This document shows positions 1 through 11,382 of a stretch of DNA of 64,000 bases, one piece after another. Under the pieces are notes generated by a model. That model was not told the DNA's origin and made no database searches. It saw only the letters and a program-made list of their open reading frames with translations. The stretch is taken from NCBI GenBank assembly GCA_002104905.1, contig MCFE01000319.1, positions 32,039 to 96,038 on the forward strand, given 5' to 3'. Origin of the DNA: Basidiobolus meristosporus CBS 931.73 (lineage: Eukaryota; Fungi; Basidiobolomycota). Every line of letters begins with the position of its first letter. Positions within the stretch are counted from its first letter, which is position 1. The translations under genes were made by a program, and so were the position numbers.

Positions 1-8
1 TATAAAAG

Positions 9-208
9 ATGGATTTGAAGCAACGCGAGACGTTCGACAACTGCCCGATACAGCGATCCGTGACATTCCGATTGTTGCGTTAAGTGCCAGCTGTATTGAA
101 AGTACGCAGAAAGAGTGTATATCCTCTGGTATGAACGATTTCTTGGCGAAGCCCGTGAAACTTGGAGAACTGAATCAAATGCTTCAGAAATGGCTCACCA
201 AACACTAA
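9..208 (+). CDS. Last exon (partial gene) of a hybrid histidine kinase / response-regulator receiver domain
   Basis: After a probable acceptor (aaag at 5-8) the frame reads DGFEATRDVRQLPDTAIRDIPIVALSASCIESTQKECISSGMNDFLAKPVKLGELNQMLQKWLTKH*, the classic C-terminal half of a receiver domain (DG.EATR, IPIVAL(T/S)A, GM.DFLAKPV). Not in the ORF track because it has no start codon in the window. Confidence 0.9.
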
Positions 209-1244
209 CTTGCATACTAGCCCATCCATTCTTTCCCATACACTAATTTAATCCGAATTCTATGTGTATACATCAAATACATATCCTTCGTGCCAAACCC
301 CATCCTCGTTGCCTTCATGTAATCATCCCACCGCGTTCGCAAGCATTGTTCCACTCCGCCCAACCTTCCATCGTTCCCATTTTGAGCATTTGTGTTTTTT
401 TTTGGATTGTAGATTCACCGCAAGTAAATATCACACATTCAAAGCTGTTCTTGACCTAGGCTGTTTCCTAAATAAACCGACCATTCGATCACACAGCTCC
501 CGCAGGGCTTAGTTGCCTCCGTCCCGAGGCACGTGGAGTCGAACATCATATCCGAGGTGGCATCAAATCTCCACCCTACGCTCAGGGTGCCAATGTAGGC
601 ATGATTGTTTGACGGTTGCGCGTGTCTGTGGCATTGAGAAAATCTTGGTTTGTTGAGGGAAAGAGGCCAGCATGGTTTATGTATTGATCGAGTCAAATCT
701 AATTTTGAGCAACCGGCATTTAATTTTGATCGGCATCCAGTCGGACAAATCTACACTTGGCCTCGATTGGCCTCCCACTCTGACCGCTGCCTACTGCCTG
801 CTGCCCGTCCACCCAACTCATCCACTCTCCTTCCTTGTCCTGTCTCCCGCATCCCATCACTCATCACTCACCAGTCACTGGCCAGGGTCACTAGCCAGCT
901 AATCAGCTATAGAGAATAGCCGGGGATTTCAATGGATCACGTATTCCCACTATGACCACCATCAGCCTCGTTCATTGTGTGCGCTTTTTGCCGCAGTTCA
1001 TTCTCCCCCCTCCTCCCCATCAGCCTGGCTTCCATACTGTGCACAAATGCAGATGCACCAGTGATGGTTGGCATGGGGAACGGAAGGCGGAATAGAAGGA
1101 CCGATGACTGGCCTTGTGTCAGCAAGAATGCACGTTGTGCCGATGATGATCGTGATGTCGCGTTGGCATTGACGATGGTGATGGCGATGAAGCTGGGGAG
1201 TGGTGGCGTGGAATGTTCTGGCCAACAAATCCTCGCCCTCAATC

Positions 1245-1800
1245 ACCCTCCCCTCCCCTCCCCTCACCCTTGGACCATAATATATGGCTAGACTGGTTTA
1301 GAGTTGGCAGATTCACGAGGTCGAGGTCGAGGTCTCGATGGTCTTTGATGGCTCTCGATGATCTTACCCATTAATCTTACCACTTCTGGATTGGCAATGT
1401 GGTATCCCAGCCTTCGATCCATATGGATCCCTGAGCTAGTCGGTCCCGGATATATTGGGCCGATATGGGTATGGATTTACTCTCGCATTCATACTCGCTT
1501 CCGCATCTGCACTCGCACTCGCACTCGCATCCCATCCCATTGCACTGCATTCCCTGTGAGACTACACCTCTCCCACCCCCCTCCTCCCCAAGCTGGGCCC
1601 AATTGCGGGCCGTTTAGTGGGCAGATTGGGCTGATGTACGGGTTCATATTTATGCTTGTGTGAGTGGGTGTGGGTGTGGAAGAAGGATACGGGGGCATGG
1701 AGCATGGATAGGCGTATGATTACGGGTGGATGTGGGTAGGGTAATGGTAATGGTAATGGCAATGGCAATAGTGAGGGTAAGGGTGAGGGTGAGTTTGGTA
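1245..1800. repeat. Cluster of short GC-rich microsatellites / low-complexity sequence
   Basis: (CCCCT)n ~1247-1263, (CGAGGT)3 1316-1333, (GCACTC)3 1509-1526, (GGTAAT)3(GGCAAT)2 1740-1769, GAGGGT-like repeats ~1773-1792. Confidence 0.7.
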
Positions 1801-2772
1801 GCATGAGTGTGATCAAGGATATAGACCCCTTGTTACCAAAATGAGTGATTCATGGCTCATAGCATTATCTTGTATGACCCACAGATATGGTATCACTAGT
1901 CCACGAATGAGGTGTGAACCTGGTGCACTTGCCAAGAAGGGGAATTCAGGCAATGCAGTAGGTGATGGCAGTGATGACGATGATGGTGATGATGGCAGCA
2001 AGGTAGGGACGAGGTTGATCCGGATACTGATGGTATTGATGAAGACAATAGTAACCTCCATGATTAGGCACTCGGTAGCATTGAGCGCCAGTACCAAGTG
2101 GAGTTTTGGAAGGTCATACTCCATTTGAAGCGGTTAATGGACACCATGTACCACTCGCTCTAGGATACCCCCGCAGTAGAGACATCAATGAATCTACGAT
2201 CCTTGCCGAGATATGATCTGAAACGTGGAGCTTATTGCATGTCCCAAATATGCTAAACAACGGTAAGATTGTTTAAATTGTCTGACCAACTTGGTCAAGC
2301 ATTTTGAATGATTAGCATATACTGTTCCACATTTGATTCATCGGGCTCACGTCTAGTACAGACCATCCCATGTGAATGTCCGCCCTGATCTATAAAACAT
2401 GGTGACCACATCCTGTGTAATATCCTACCCCTGGATAATCATCAGGCGTAGCGGGGCAGCAATGCTGGAGCATTTGCCAGTGGGCAACCGCCAAACTTCG
2501 GCATATCCTAATTAAGGACCATCGTTGGTTTTGGAATTACTTTATTGACTAGAAAAAAAGGAATATCAAATCTATACAACTTTCCCTTACGCAGGAATTA
2601 TCCCGGTCAGGTTCCAAGGGTATGATCTCAGCCCATTTGCAACATCCCACTGACCCTTACCTCAGTATGAGATGTCGCAGAGCACCCCTAGTTGTTCATG
2701 TATGTCTGATACAACCTCAAAAAACAATGATCATATAATGAAATAAGCAAACCATCCCCCTCTATGCTTGAA

Positions 2773-4310
2773 CTACACGCGCATCTGTTTGTTCAACACT
2801 GGGACATCGGTCGTTCGACTGAAGACATCTTCACCTGGTCCGCGGATGAATTTGGCCGGAACGCCATAAAGGAATACCCCAACAACCGAAAATACAATCG
2901 CCAACAGGAACGGGGGCCAATCATATTCCCCGAAAAACGTGAAGTGTAGACCGTCACCAACATTTCCTTCATGGATTGCACCATACACCATCACGGAGAG
3001 GAAGGATATAATCCATCCAGAAATGACAGATCCAGTGGTTACGTAGGGTTGCAGACGTCTCGAGAGGCCTAATAGGATTGGACAGGTGCAGCAGGAAGCT
3101 ATCATATTGGACAGCAAAAACAGATTCATCACTGGATAGCCTTGGAGAGAGACCACTACCAAAGGAATGTTCACGACCACCACGACCAGACGCGACCACC
3201 ATACGGATTTCCCCTTCAACAAGACAGAAGAAATACTGTCCACAAGAGCATTTTGAAGACTGTCAACGGCAGATTGGTTCATTGTAGCAGCCAAAACGGT
3301 AACCATAACAGTTATCCATATTGGTGCCTCGCCCCCTGCTCCAAGCAGGGTAAAAAGTACTGTGTTTGGGTTGGTAACTTCCAATCCGGCCCAGGCAGCT
3401 AAGAATCCGCAGAATCCCAAGAAAAAGATAACGACGGTGACCATTCCCATGGCAAATAGGGCGCCAGTTTTCAAGGCTTTGTCGTCAGCCGATGCCCAGA
3501 CACGTTGCCAGAAGCCCTCATTATAGATGGACGCACACGTTAAAGAGATGGGCATAACGGCAATTGCGGAATAACCGTAATAATTGGGGGCGATGTTTGG
3601 TGGAAGCTCCGATGATAGCGGCTGTCGGAACGTTACTGCGATATACACTGCCATGATGCCAACAAACAAAAGACTGAATAGTGCTTGGGCCTGATCAGTA
3701 ATAATCGATACGGAAAGGCCACCAGATGCAGTGTAGAGCATGGTCGACACACCAATAACCAAGACAATTGGGATGCGGTTGCTGCCGATTACCGTCTCAA
3801 AGAGGTCCCCGATGGATGTATATTCTGCTGTGAGTCCAATACTCATATTGAATAACATAATGATGGTCACCAGAGCCTGAAGTGTTGGGCTAAAGCGCCA
3901 ACGAACAAAGTCAGCCATAGACTGAACTTGTGGAAAACGTTCCTGGATTTTACCACCAAAAAACGCAACTACGAAAATAGGGATTCCACATGCTATAGCA
4001 TAAAAGGTAATTCCGATTATTCCAGCATACAACGCGTAGCTTGGAGGGCCAAATAGAGTCCTACAGGAAATAGAGTTCTAGCATCAAAGTCAAAGCGAGT
4101 CTCATCGATACCCATTTACCAAGCACCAACTGCAGCAGCATAGAAGCTCCAAGCGATCCTTGCAGTAGGTTGAGAGTTTCGTGCGGTCAAGAAAAAATCG
4201 GGGTTATCGTTCTTCTCCTTCATTTTTCGACTCCATATCAATGCGAATATTGCGAATCCAACACACACTACAACACTAGTGGTATACGCGGCAACGGGTA
4301 ATGAAGCCAT
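2773..4310 (-). CDS. Sodium:solute symporter (SSS) family transporter, 2 exons
   Basis: Exon 1 4310-4120 (MASLPVAAY...FFLTARNS...WSFYAAAVGAW) joins in frame across a 59-nt GTAAAT..TGTAG intron (4119-4061) to exon 2 (TLFGPPSYALYAGIIG...). About 13 hydrophobic segments and motifs F.TAR.S, YTASGGL.VSI.TDQ.Q and WQR..A typical of SSS/PutP/Dur3-like carriers. Substrate unknown. Confidence 0.88.
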
Positions 4311-5155
4311 TTTCTATTTCTGGACTGGACGAAGAATAAAGTTAATGATAAAAGTCTATGTTACTTTACCAGTGACAACTAAGCTTCAAATTGATTGAAC
4401 CGAAAAGCCACAACCCTGAAGAATCTCCGAAGCAGCCTTTATATAAGATAAGCAGTTGTCCAGATCATCTCGAATGATATGCAGACCGATCTATTATCGC
4501 TTCATGCAGATGTTGATAATACTGAAATCAATCCTGAAACCACTTCTGGTATGACTCACCTGCTGTGTTAGTCCCACCAAATCAGGAACTGCATGTTCTT
4601 ACTGGCCTTGTTGACTGAACAGTCAATTAGCGTTAATAAAATCAGCCAATATTTGAGCAGACGGCTTGGGCCGATCTAATTTGGAACAGAAATTACAAAA
4701 CCTCTGATACTCAAGTATCGAAGCATCTTTTTCAAGGTTATGGCTCACTTGGACTAGAATGCCTTATTGTAATGATCAATATAAAGATTGTGAGCATTGC
4801 ATTCTCTAAATACGTCATATCCTTAAATAATACTATTCTATCAACCAAAGCATGATAATCTTGTTAGCAACATTCTAGAACTGCATAGAGAAGCGAGCCA
4901 CATCCGCATCCTGCCCCAACACAACCCCGAAATCCTTGACAAGACTCCGCCCAGAAAAAGTTACCCGCATTGCCCACACCGATGACAGGCTGGAGAGAAC
5001 ATGGAGAAAACTTAAATTTCATGTGGCAATCCCTCAAACTTTATTTGCATGAAACTGGTTAAAGTTTGATGGTGCGATCATGATTCATTAGCTGTTCGTT
5101 CCATAGCAGTGCTCGAGATTTGTACATTGCATCGTTCCTTTTTTCGGATAACGAA

Positions 5156-5740
5156 TCATGGTTGGTTGAGGGGCTGCGCTACAACAGTAGGTTTCGAGAT
5201 ACAGCAACTGAGCTTGCTTGGATCTGTAAGTGTACGACCATCAAGCTTTAGTTTCGATTGTTCCAGGTAGTTCTTATTCAGCACATCGATGACCGCCAAA
5301 AATTTACACATCCGTAGGCTTTGATGGGGATTAGATTTTATCCGAGTATATACGAGGTGCCAGTTGCCATCAATCATTCCAATTAAATGTAGATGGTGAG
5401 TAAACCCCCATGAGTCAATGGCATTTGTCCCCAAACTTGGCCTCGTCTGGTGGTCTTCAATCGCCATGTGGCCAATTGGTCAATCTATAACCAGAATTTG
5501 AGATCATTCTCCCCAAGAGTCTCCAGGCCTTGTCGATATGGCCAATCAATGGTGACGAAACAAGGAATATGGAACTTGATGATATTTCGGAACTCTCCTA
5601 TGTGACACCATTCCGAAGGGACCAATGTCAATGAAGCTCAATTCTCAAATCATAAGCATTTCGGCTAGTGCTTCAGACAAATATCCGATAACCCGACCAG
5701 ATTGGCTGGTGGTTGCTGGGCATGCACCCTTGGTAAAATA
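5156..5740 (-). pseudogene. Possible highly decayed MT-A70 family (METTL14/KAR4- or METTL3-like) methyltransferase relic
   Basis: Stitched minus-strand frames give ..NIIKFHIP..DWPYRQGLETLGENDLKFWL*IDQLATWRLKT.. then HLHLIGMIDG..KLKLDGR, in the same order and roughly the same spacing as MT-A70 motifs W...G.GL(D/E).GR..L..WGY..(D/E)..W.KT, EHCL.G.KG and (K/R)L.LFGR. Stops and frameshifts present; matched by eye only. Confidence 0.35.
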
Positions 5741-6178
5741 AAGCACAAATTGAGATTTATGAAAACAGTACACTTCGCATTTGTACTAAAAGAACGAAAT
5801 GTTCTATTCTATTGGTGATACATACTGTGATCAAGATGGGACCAAAACTTCCTCATCTGGCCAGCACGTGGCTTTTGAATTCATATAGCGTGGGGAATCA
5901 TGTTATTCGTTCATAAAGGTTACTCGAGTGATTGGGTGGTCTTTGAGTGATACCGATCACTCATTTTCTAAATGCGGCTAATATTAGATTTCAATCGGTA
6001 TTATTCCGTTCGGTCTTCTACGGTTATAACTTATAAATGCGAGTGTGCTTGAATAAGCATCTTTTGGTTCCGCCAACAATTCCGAAATCCCCACATATGT
6101 TACTTCCCTTCACACTATAGAGAACGTCCAAAGATTTCAATCCCCTAAATCATTCTAACTTGAATCGCTCGAAGTGTT

Positions 6179-7387
6179 ATGACTCCTGGCACAATCGGTA
6201 TAGTCATTGCCGTGGCATTATATGACCTCTTCATCTTTGTAACAGTTGGTCTTCTGATCCATTTTCGGAAGGACCCATATTTCGCCCACCGTAACGTTGT
6301 GATAACCTCAATAATAGGCATTACGTCTGCGATATTGCTACCTGTAGTCTCTTTCTTGAATTTAATCCCAACCTGGCTATTTCTCTACTTGATCAATATC
6401 TGTTTCCCACTTGTCTTCATCTGCGTCACTGGGAAGGTTCTTCAGCTCACGTTCTTGTATTATTCGAGTCAAGCCAAACTAAATCATGGTGAGGACTACG
6501 CCTCAAGTCACAACTCGCAAACTAGTTTGTCCAGACCCGAGACGAATGTTTTCTATAGATACCATCGTTACTTCAATAATCGTGTTTGGTTTGTCTGGTG
6601 CGGCGTGGAGCTTACTATTTACATCATCTTGACCTCGATCATCCTTTTCTGCACACTCCCCCTCCCTTCCAACTTTGCGTCCATCCCCAGTCTTGCCTTG
6701 ATGCCCATATTCATTAGTTACTCTCTGCACCTTTTGATACAATGGCCAATCTTTATGTGGTATTTACGATCCGTCAACGATGCATTCCACATACGTTTTG
6801 GGCTCTCCGTTGTGGAAATAGTGGAGGTCATTAGTCTAATTGGTCTGATCCTCCGCTCTACACTCAGCTACATCAAGGTTCATTGGGAAGCTTATGCGAT
6901 TTATTGCGTTGTGCGAGTTGTTCTGATCCACATTGCAGTTGTGGTATTTCCCCTGTGGCGTCGCCCTCGATCTCCTCAAGCTACCGAAAAGTTCCTCCCT
7001 GTCTACGATCTTACCTCGTTGCTGTCAATTATGGAAGATCCGATACAATACGAAGACTTCAAAAGGTTTTCGCTTCGAATCTTTGCCGTCGAGAACACGT
7101 TGTTTTATCGCAGATGCATGGATCTCAAAGCCAATTCTCAAATGCCGGTGATTGTCAACAAAAAGGAGGTTGTCAGGATATATGATATGTTCATCCGACC
7201 CAACAGCGATATGGAGGTTAATATCACAGAGGACGTTCAAGCTGAGGTGACTCTTGCACTTCAAAGGCCGCTCAGCGAAGGATATCCTATCGATATGTTT
7301 GACAGGGCAATGGAGCAAGTCCTCGATATCATGTATCATGATATCTTTCCCAGATATCTTGCCCACAAAAATCATTTAAACGTTTAG
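6179..7387 (+). CDS. 7-transmembrane + C-terminal RGS-domain protein (GPCR-RGS fusion, GprK/AtRGS1-like architecture)
   Basis: Intronless 402-aa ORF. Seven hydrophobic segments in residues ~5-260, followed by an RGS box: LLSIMEDP..YEDFKRFS....AVENTLFY..C...IYDMFI.P.S..EVNI...MFDRA..QVLDIM..DIFPRYL. Confidence 0.9.
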   Translation: MTPGTIGIVIAVALYDLFIFVTVGLLIHFRKDPYFAHRNVVITSIIGITSAILLPVVSFLNLIPTWLFLYLINICFPLVFICVTGKVLQLTFLYYSSQAKLNHGEDYASSHNSQTSLSRPETNVFYRYHRYFNNRVWFVWCGVELTIYIILTSIILFCTLPLPSNFASIPSLALMPIFISYSLHLLIQWPIFMWYLRSVNDAFHIRFGLSVVEIVEVISLIGLILRSTLSYIKVHWEAYAIYCVVRVVLIHIAVVVFPLWRRPRSPQATEKFLPVYDLTSLLSIMEDPIQYEDFKRFSLRIFAVENTLFYRRCMDLKANSQMPVIVNKKEVVRIYDMFIRPNSDMEVNITEDVQAEVTLALQRPLSEGYPIDMFDRAMEQVLDIMYHDIFPRYLAHKNHLNV

Positions 7388-7793
7388 AAAGTCATCTCAA
7401 GGCAGCCATAGAGTGGGTACAACTTCCATACCCTATAGTATTTACCTCCGCACCATAACATCTTTCACTTTGTTTAGCATCAAAATTTATGTATTTCAAT
7501 CATTCATGTCCTTGGGCTTTACGCTCTTTAGAGTAATCATCTAACCCCTCTATTCTCATTTATTTATCTAAATGTACATAATCGACAAACATGTAAATAC
7601 ACTCTCTAAAGTGATCTTATTTTGTCTCGATGTATACCCCGGGGACTATGTTTTGCTTTCATTTGCACATGCACAGATGTTCAATTTAGTACCTCCAAAT
7701 CTGAATTCTCATAAATATTAATACGTAATTTAATAATTCCCCATTGCTAATCTGGATTAACCTTGATATTTATAGGGGGATGATAAAATAACA

Positions 7794-9497
7794 TTAGTCC
7801 TCCAATAAATGATCAATAAAAATAGAATCATCGAGATCGTCAAAATCGAGAACACTCGAAGCATCACTGTCCATTTCACTCTGTCCACAGCAGGAATAGG
7901 AATTTCGACTTTGATGGTATTGCTCCAAATACTCTTCTTGGCTAGAAATCATATGATAACTGGGGCTGGATTCTAGAATCTCGGAGGTAGTCATACCGGA
8001 GTTTGATATTATTTCATCCGAAAAGCTAATGTGTGGTTCAAACTTGTTCTCGGAAATTAGGCTTTCGTAGTCGGAATCAAATGAGTGAAGAGCAGAATGA
8101 GAGTCGTTAGATTGCGGTGTATTCAGCTGATTTGCCAGTTCCAAAATGACCGCCTCACTAGACTTGTACTCTAATTGCTATTCAAGGAGGATGTGTAAAT
8201 TTTAGTGTAGTTGAAGCTTTGAAAAGATTTTTACTTTGACGACTGGATCTTTCTCTCTCATCGAGTTACGAGCTATGGTCCATAGATTTTGTGAGATAGC
8301 ATCAGCCGTAGCATCAATGTTTTTCCCCTAAGAATAATCAAGCTGGATGAGACCATACTATCGATGTAATCCAATTTTCTTGAATACATCAATACCATCG
8401 GATAATCTATGGTTGCGCTCCGATGAGCCATTCTGGCAATTGAAGTGCTTATAGATGGTAGCCATCTTGTGATTGCAGCCAATTTCTACGAAGATCTGTT
8501 TGTGAATAATATATATATACCTACAGTATATCAAAATTCTCTTACCTTGTTGTAGCCATATCGAAATATCCTTGGACACAGAGGAATCAAGGATTCACCA
8601 ACCACTTTTTTGAGTATCTTCAACCAAAATTTATATGTAGTCTCTGGAGGTAGTGTTGGCAGATTACCGATCGTGGTGTTGTTCTTCCCCGATACTATTC
8701 TTAAAATAAATATTGAGTAAAGACGTCTCGTCATTTTGTCAACATTGGTCCTACATCGAATGAATCGCACTGTTATTTGAATTTCTCTTAAAAAAGCAAC
8801 TGGTTCATTGATATGACTTGTGAATGCGTATTCATCTGGAATCAAAACAAGCTCCTTACATGCCATTAAATCAAGTTGCTATTATATATAATGATACATT
8901 AGCACCTACATCGGATGGTTTATCTTGGGCCTGGCAAGAGCAACTTGTGGGATTCCATAGCTAATATATACCAGAGAATAATCATTGGTTAAGTATATGG
9001 CCTATTTGATCTATTGAGCTACCATAAAACAGAAACTATACCTGAGTGCTACTAAGAGCCTTTTTAAATACACAGGTTTCTGCAAGTTCGAAACCGGTGC
9101 TCTCATCGAAATCAACCTAATAGTATCGGTAGTTAAGGATCATAAAATATATCTCTTGTTGAATGGAGTCCACTCTTTAAAGCATTGACTGTCAGGCAAA
9201 AGATACTTGTATAGGGATTAGGCCATCACTTTGTATCTCCCACTGCTTGAGTTCCTCAATATCTAGTTCGTGTATGTCCCAATTGTTGCATACGTGATAT
9301 TCTACTCTTGGACTGCATTCCAATTGGATTGAGAACCTCAACTCTCTACTTCGAAATTTAGCACCTAAAAGTCGGCGCATTTCCAATATATTGAGGTCAA
9401 AAGGAAATTTGTATTCCACCCAATGGCCATTAGAAGTTTGAGTGCTGCAAGAAACGGTTTTGGGCGACCGTGACATAAGGGCAGAAGGTTCCTCCAT
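7794..9497 (-). CDS. Hypothetical multi-exon protein (~400 aa) with acidic Ser/Asp-rich C-terminal tail
   Basis: Consecutive minus-strand segments join in phase at GT-AG introns: exon 1 9497-9207 (MEEPSALM..IPIQ), exon 2 9116-9042 (VDFDES..SSTQ), a small ambiguous exon, QLDLMACKELV..YGYNK, IFVEIGCNHK..DGID, GKNIDAT..DPVVK, QLEYKSSEAVILELANQ..HLLED*. No family recognised; one internal exon is uncertain. Confidence 0.6.
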
Positions 9498-10498
9498 TGA
9501 AGTAATGATTATGGCAATCAAAAAAAGCAAGAAGTGTTTCCGCCACTCGTGTCGGTTATGGGTCAAATAAATTGAAGCATATATAGTGAGACATTTTAGC
9601 ATACATACAACTTGTACCAAGTATTGTTATACAACCACTAATACATATCAAAATAAAAACTATAGCATGGCATATAATGTTCCTTTTCTGTAAAGGTCTT
9701 CGAAAACGTTCCAATTCACCTATGAAGAATGAATACAAGAGCACTTCGCTTGAGACTTGACAAATGCCGATATATTTGTAATACTCGCATCAAATATGAT
9801 CAGTGATATATGATATTAGAAATTGGCCTTGATGGTTTTTTCAACTTTATTAGGCTACTATGGTATATCCATTTCTATGCATATACATTGTCGTATGGAT
9901 TTTGGCCTCGCAAGTTAAAACTTCGAGTTTCAGAAACTAATTTAATGGGGCACCCGTTGGTATAGGGTTCGTAATATACCGGGTTACTTGAAGTACTGTT
10001 GCCGAAGTTTCGTAGACCCTTTGATCACACTAAGCCGAAGTAGATTCTAATTGCTACATAGCTATATATCTTAACCAATGGCTCGGTCAATTCGAAAAGA
10101 CACAACGCTAGAATCAGATTAGCATGTATGATCTTTCATATAGCATGCTAAAATCGTTAGTGCAAGAGGGCTGCTTTAACAGACAATATACAGTAGAAGA
10201 AACAATTGTGTATTTTGCATAATCTGTGTCTCTATCGACTGTTTTCAACCGTGCTTATGAACAATAGAGTATTGGTGGCAACAGTTATTGTGTTAACATA
10301 TATATTCATAATTACTTAAAAGTAGTGGTTCCAAAATGCATTTATTGACCTTATATCCATTGTAATTCCAGAAATATATGATTCCAACGGCCTCAAAGGA
10401 CTCATAGTCAACAGGTTTTTGCTCCAGAATCTCACAATAAAAGAATGGCATAAGGCTCATGTTTGTCGTATTACATACTTGAGTTCCGCAACACGATC

Positions 10499-11176
10499 AA
10501 CATCCCTACTTTCAAGCTTGCTCTTGGTGAGTGGTAGTCTGAATCCTTTTTAAAAATTCTATTCAACTAACTCTTGGGTAGTTGGTGACGATGGTACTGG
10601 GAAACTACTTTTGAGAGGCGTCATTAGACTGGTGAATTGGAGAAGTAATATATTGCCACTCTTGGCGTTGAGATCCATCCTTTGACCTTCCACCCTAAAT
10701 ATGGACCTATATGTTTGAACACTTGGGATGCCGCTGGACACAAGAAATCTGGCGGCTTACGTGATGAATACTATGCCAAGGACAGTGTGTTATCATTATA
10801 TTTGACCTCACTTCTCGTATTTCCTATGGAAAAGTACCAAACTGGCAACGTGAGTTGGTGAGTTTGTGGGAATATTCCTATTGACCTATGTGGTAATAAG
10901 GTTGATATCAGAGAGAGAAAAGTCAAAGCAGATGCCATCAGTTTCCATCGTCAGAAGAGCTTTGGATATTACGATGTTTCTGCTAAAGCAAACCATAACT
11001 TCAAGAAGCCATTCCGTTGGGTGGCCCATAAGTTGGTTGGCAATCAAACGTTGAAATTTGCTAAATCTCCAGCCCTTTCTCCTGATGAAGCTGCAGTAGA
11101 CTCGAACCTCATGATACAATACTATGAGGAACTCGGAGCTGCTGCTAGTCTTCCTCTTCCCGTAAATGAAGAGTAA
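10499..11176 (+). pseudogene. GSP1: Ran/Gsp1 GTPase pseudogene, unprocessed (intron retained)
   Basis: Reads IPTFKLAL|[88 protein letters not shown]...YYDVSAK.N.NF.KPF.W.A.KL.G..PAL.P. Stops at 10625-27 (TAG) and 10646-48 (TAA), two frameshifts, and a 55-nt GTGAGT..TAG intron (10527-10581). Confidence 0.95.
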
Positions 11177-11382
11177 GCTCTGAAGTTAGTTGACAATCCA
11201 GGTCCTTTCTCAACATGGAACAAATTTGATATCAGAAAATCGCATGTTATCAAATAAAATGTTTCACCTATAGTGCTGATACAAATTTTAGCCACCTGAT
11301 TGGCTTTATCAAACGTGAATTATGTTCATACTTACATGGGCGATTTTCTTCTATACCCTTACTAGGTGAGTATAGGGTACCT

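Noticed and set aside
937-2128. Several overlapping 70-105 aa ORFs on both strands
   Set aside because: Low-complexity products with no motifs; explained by GC-rich microsatellite sequence.
9075-9095. GGTTTC..GTTCGAAACC hairpin resembling a tRNA T-arm
   Set aside because: No acceptor stem, D-arm or anticodon arm, and it lies within a predicted exon. No tRNA, rRNA or snRNA genes were recognised anywhere in the window.
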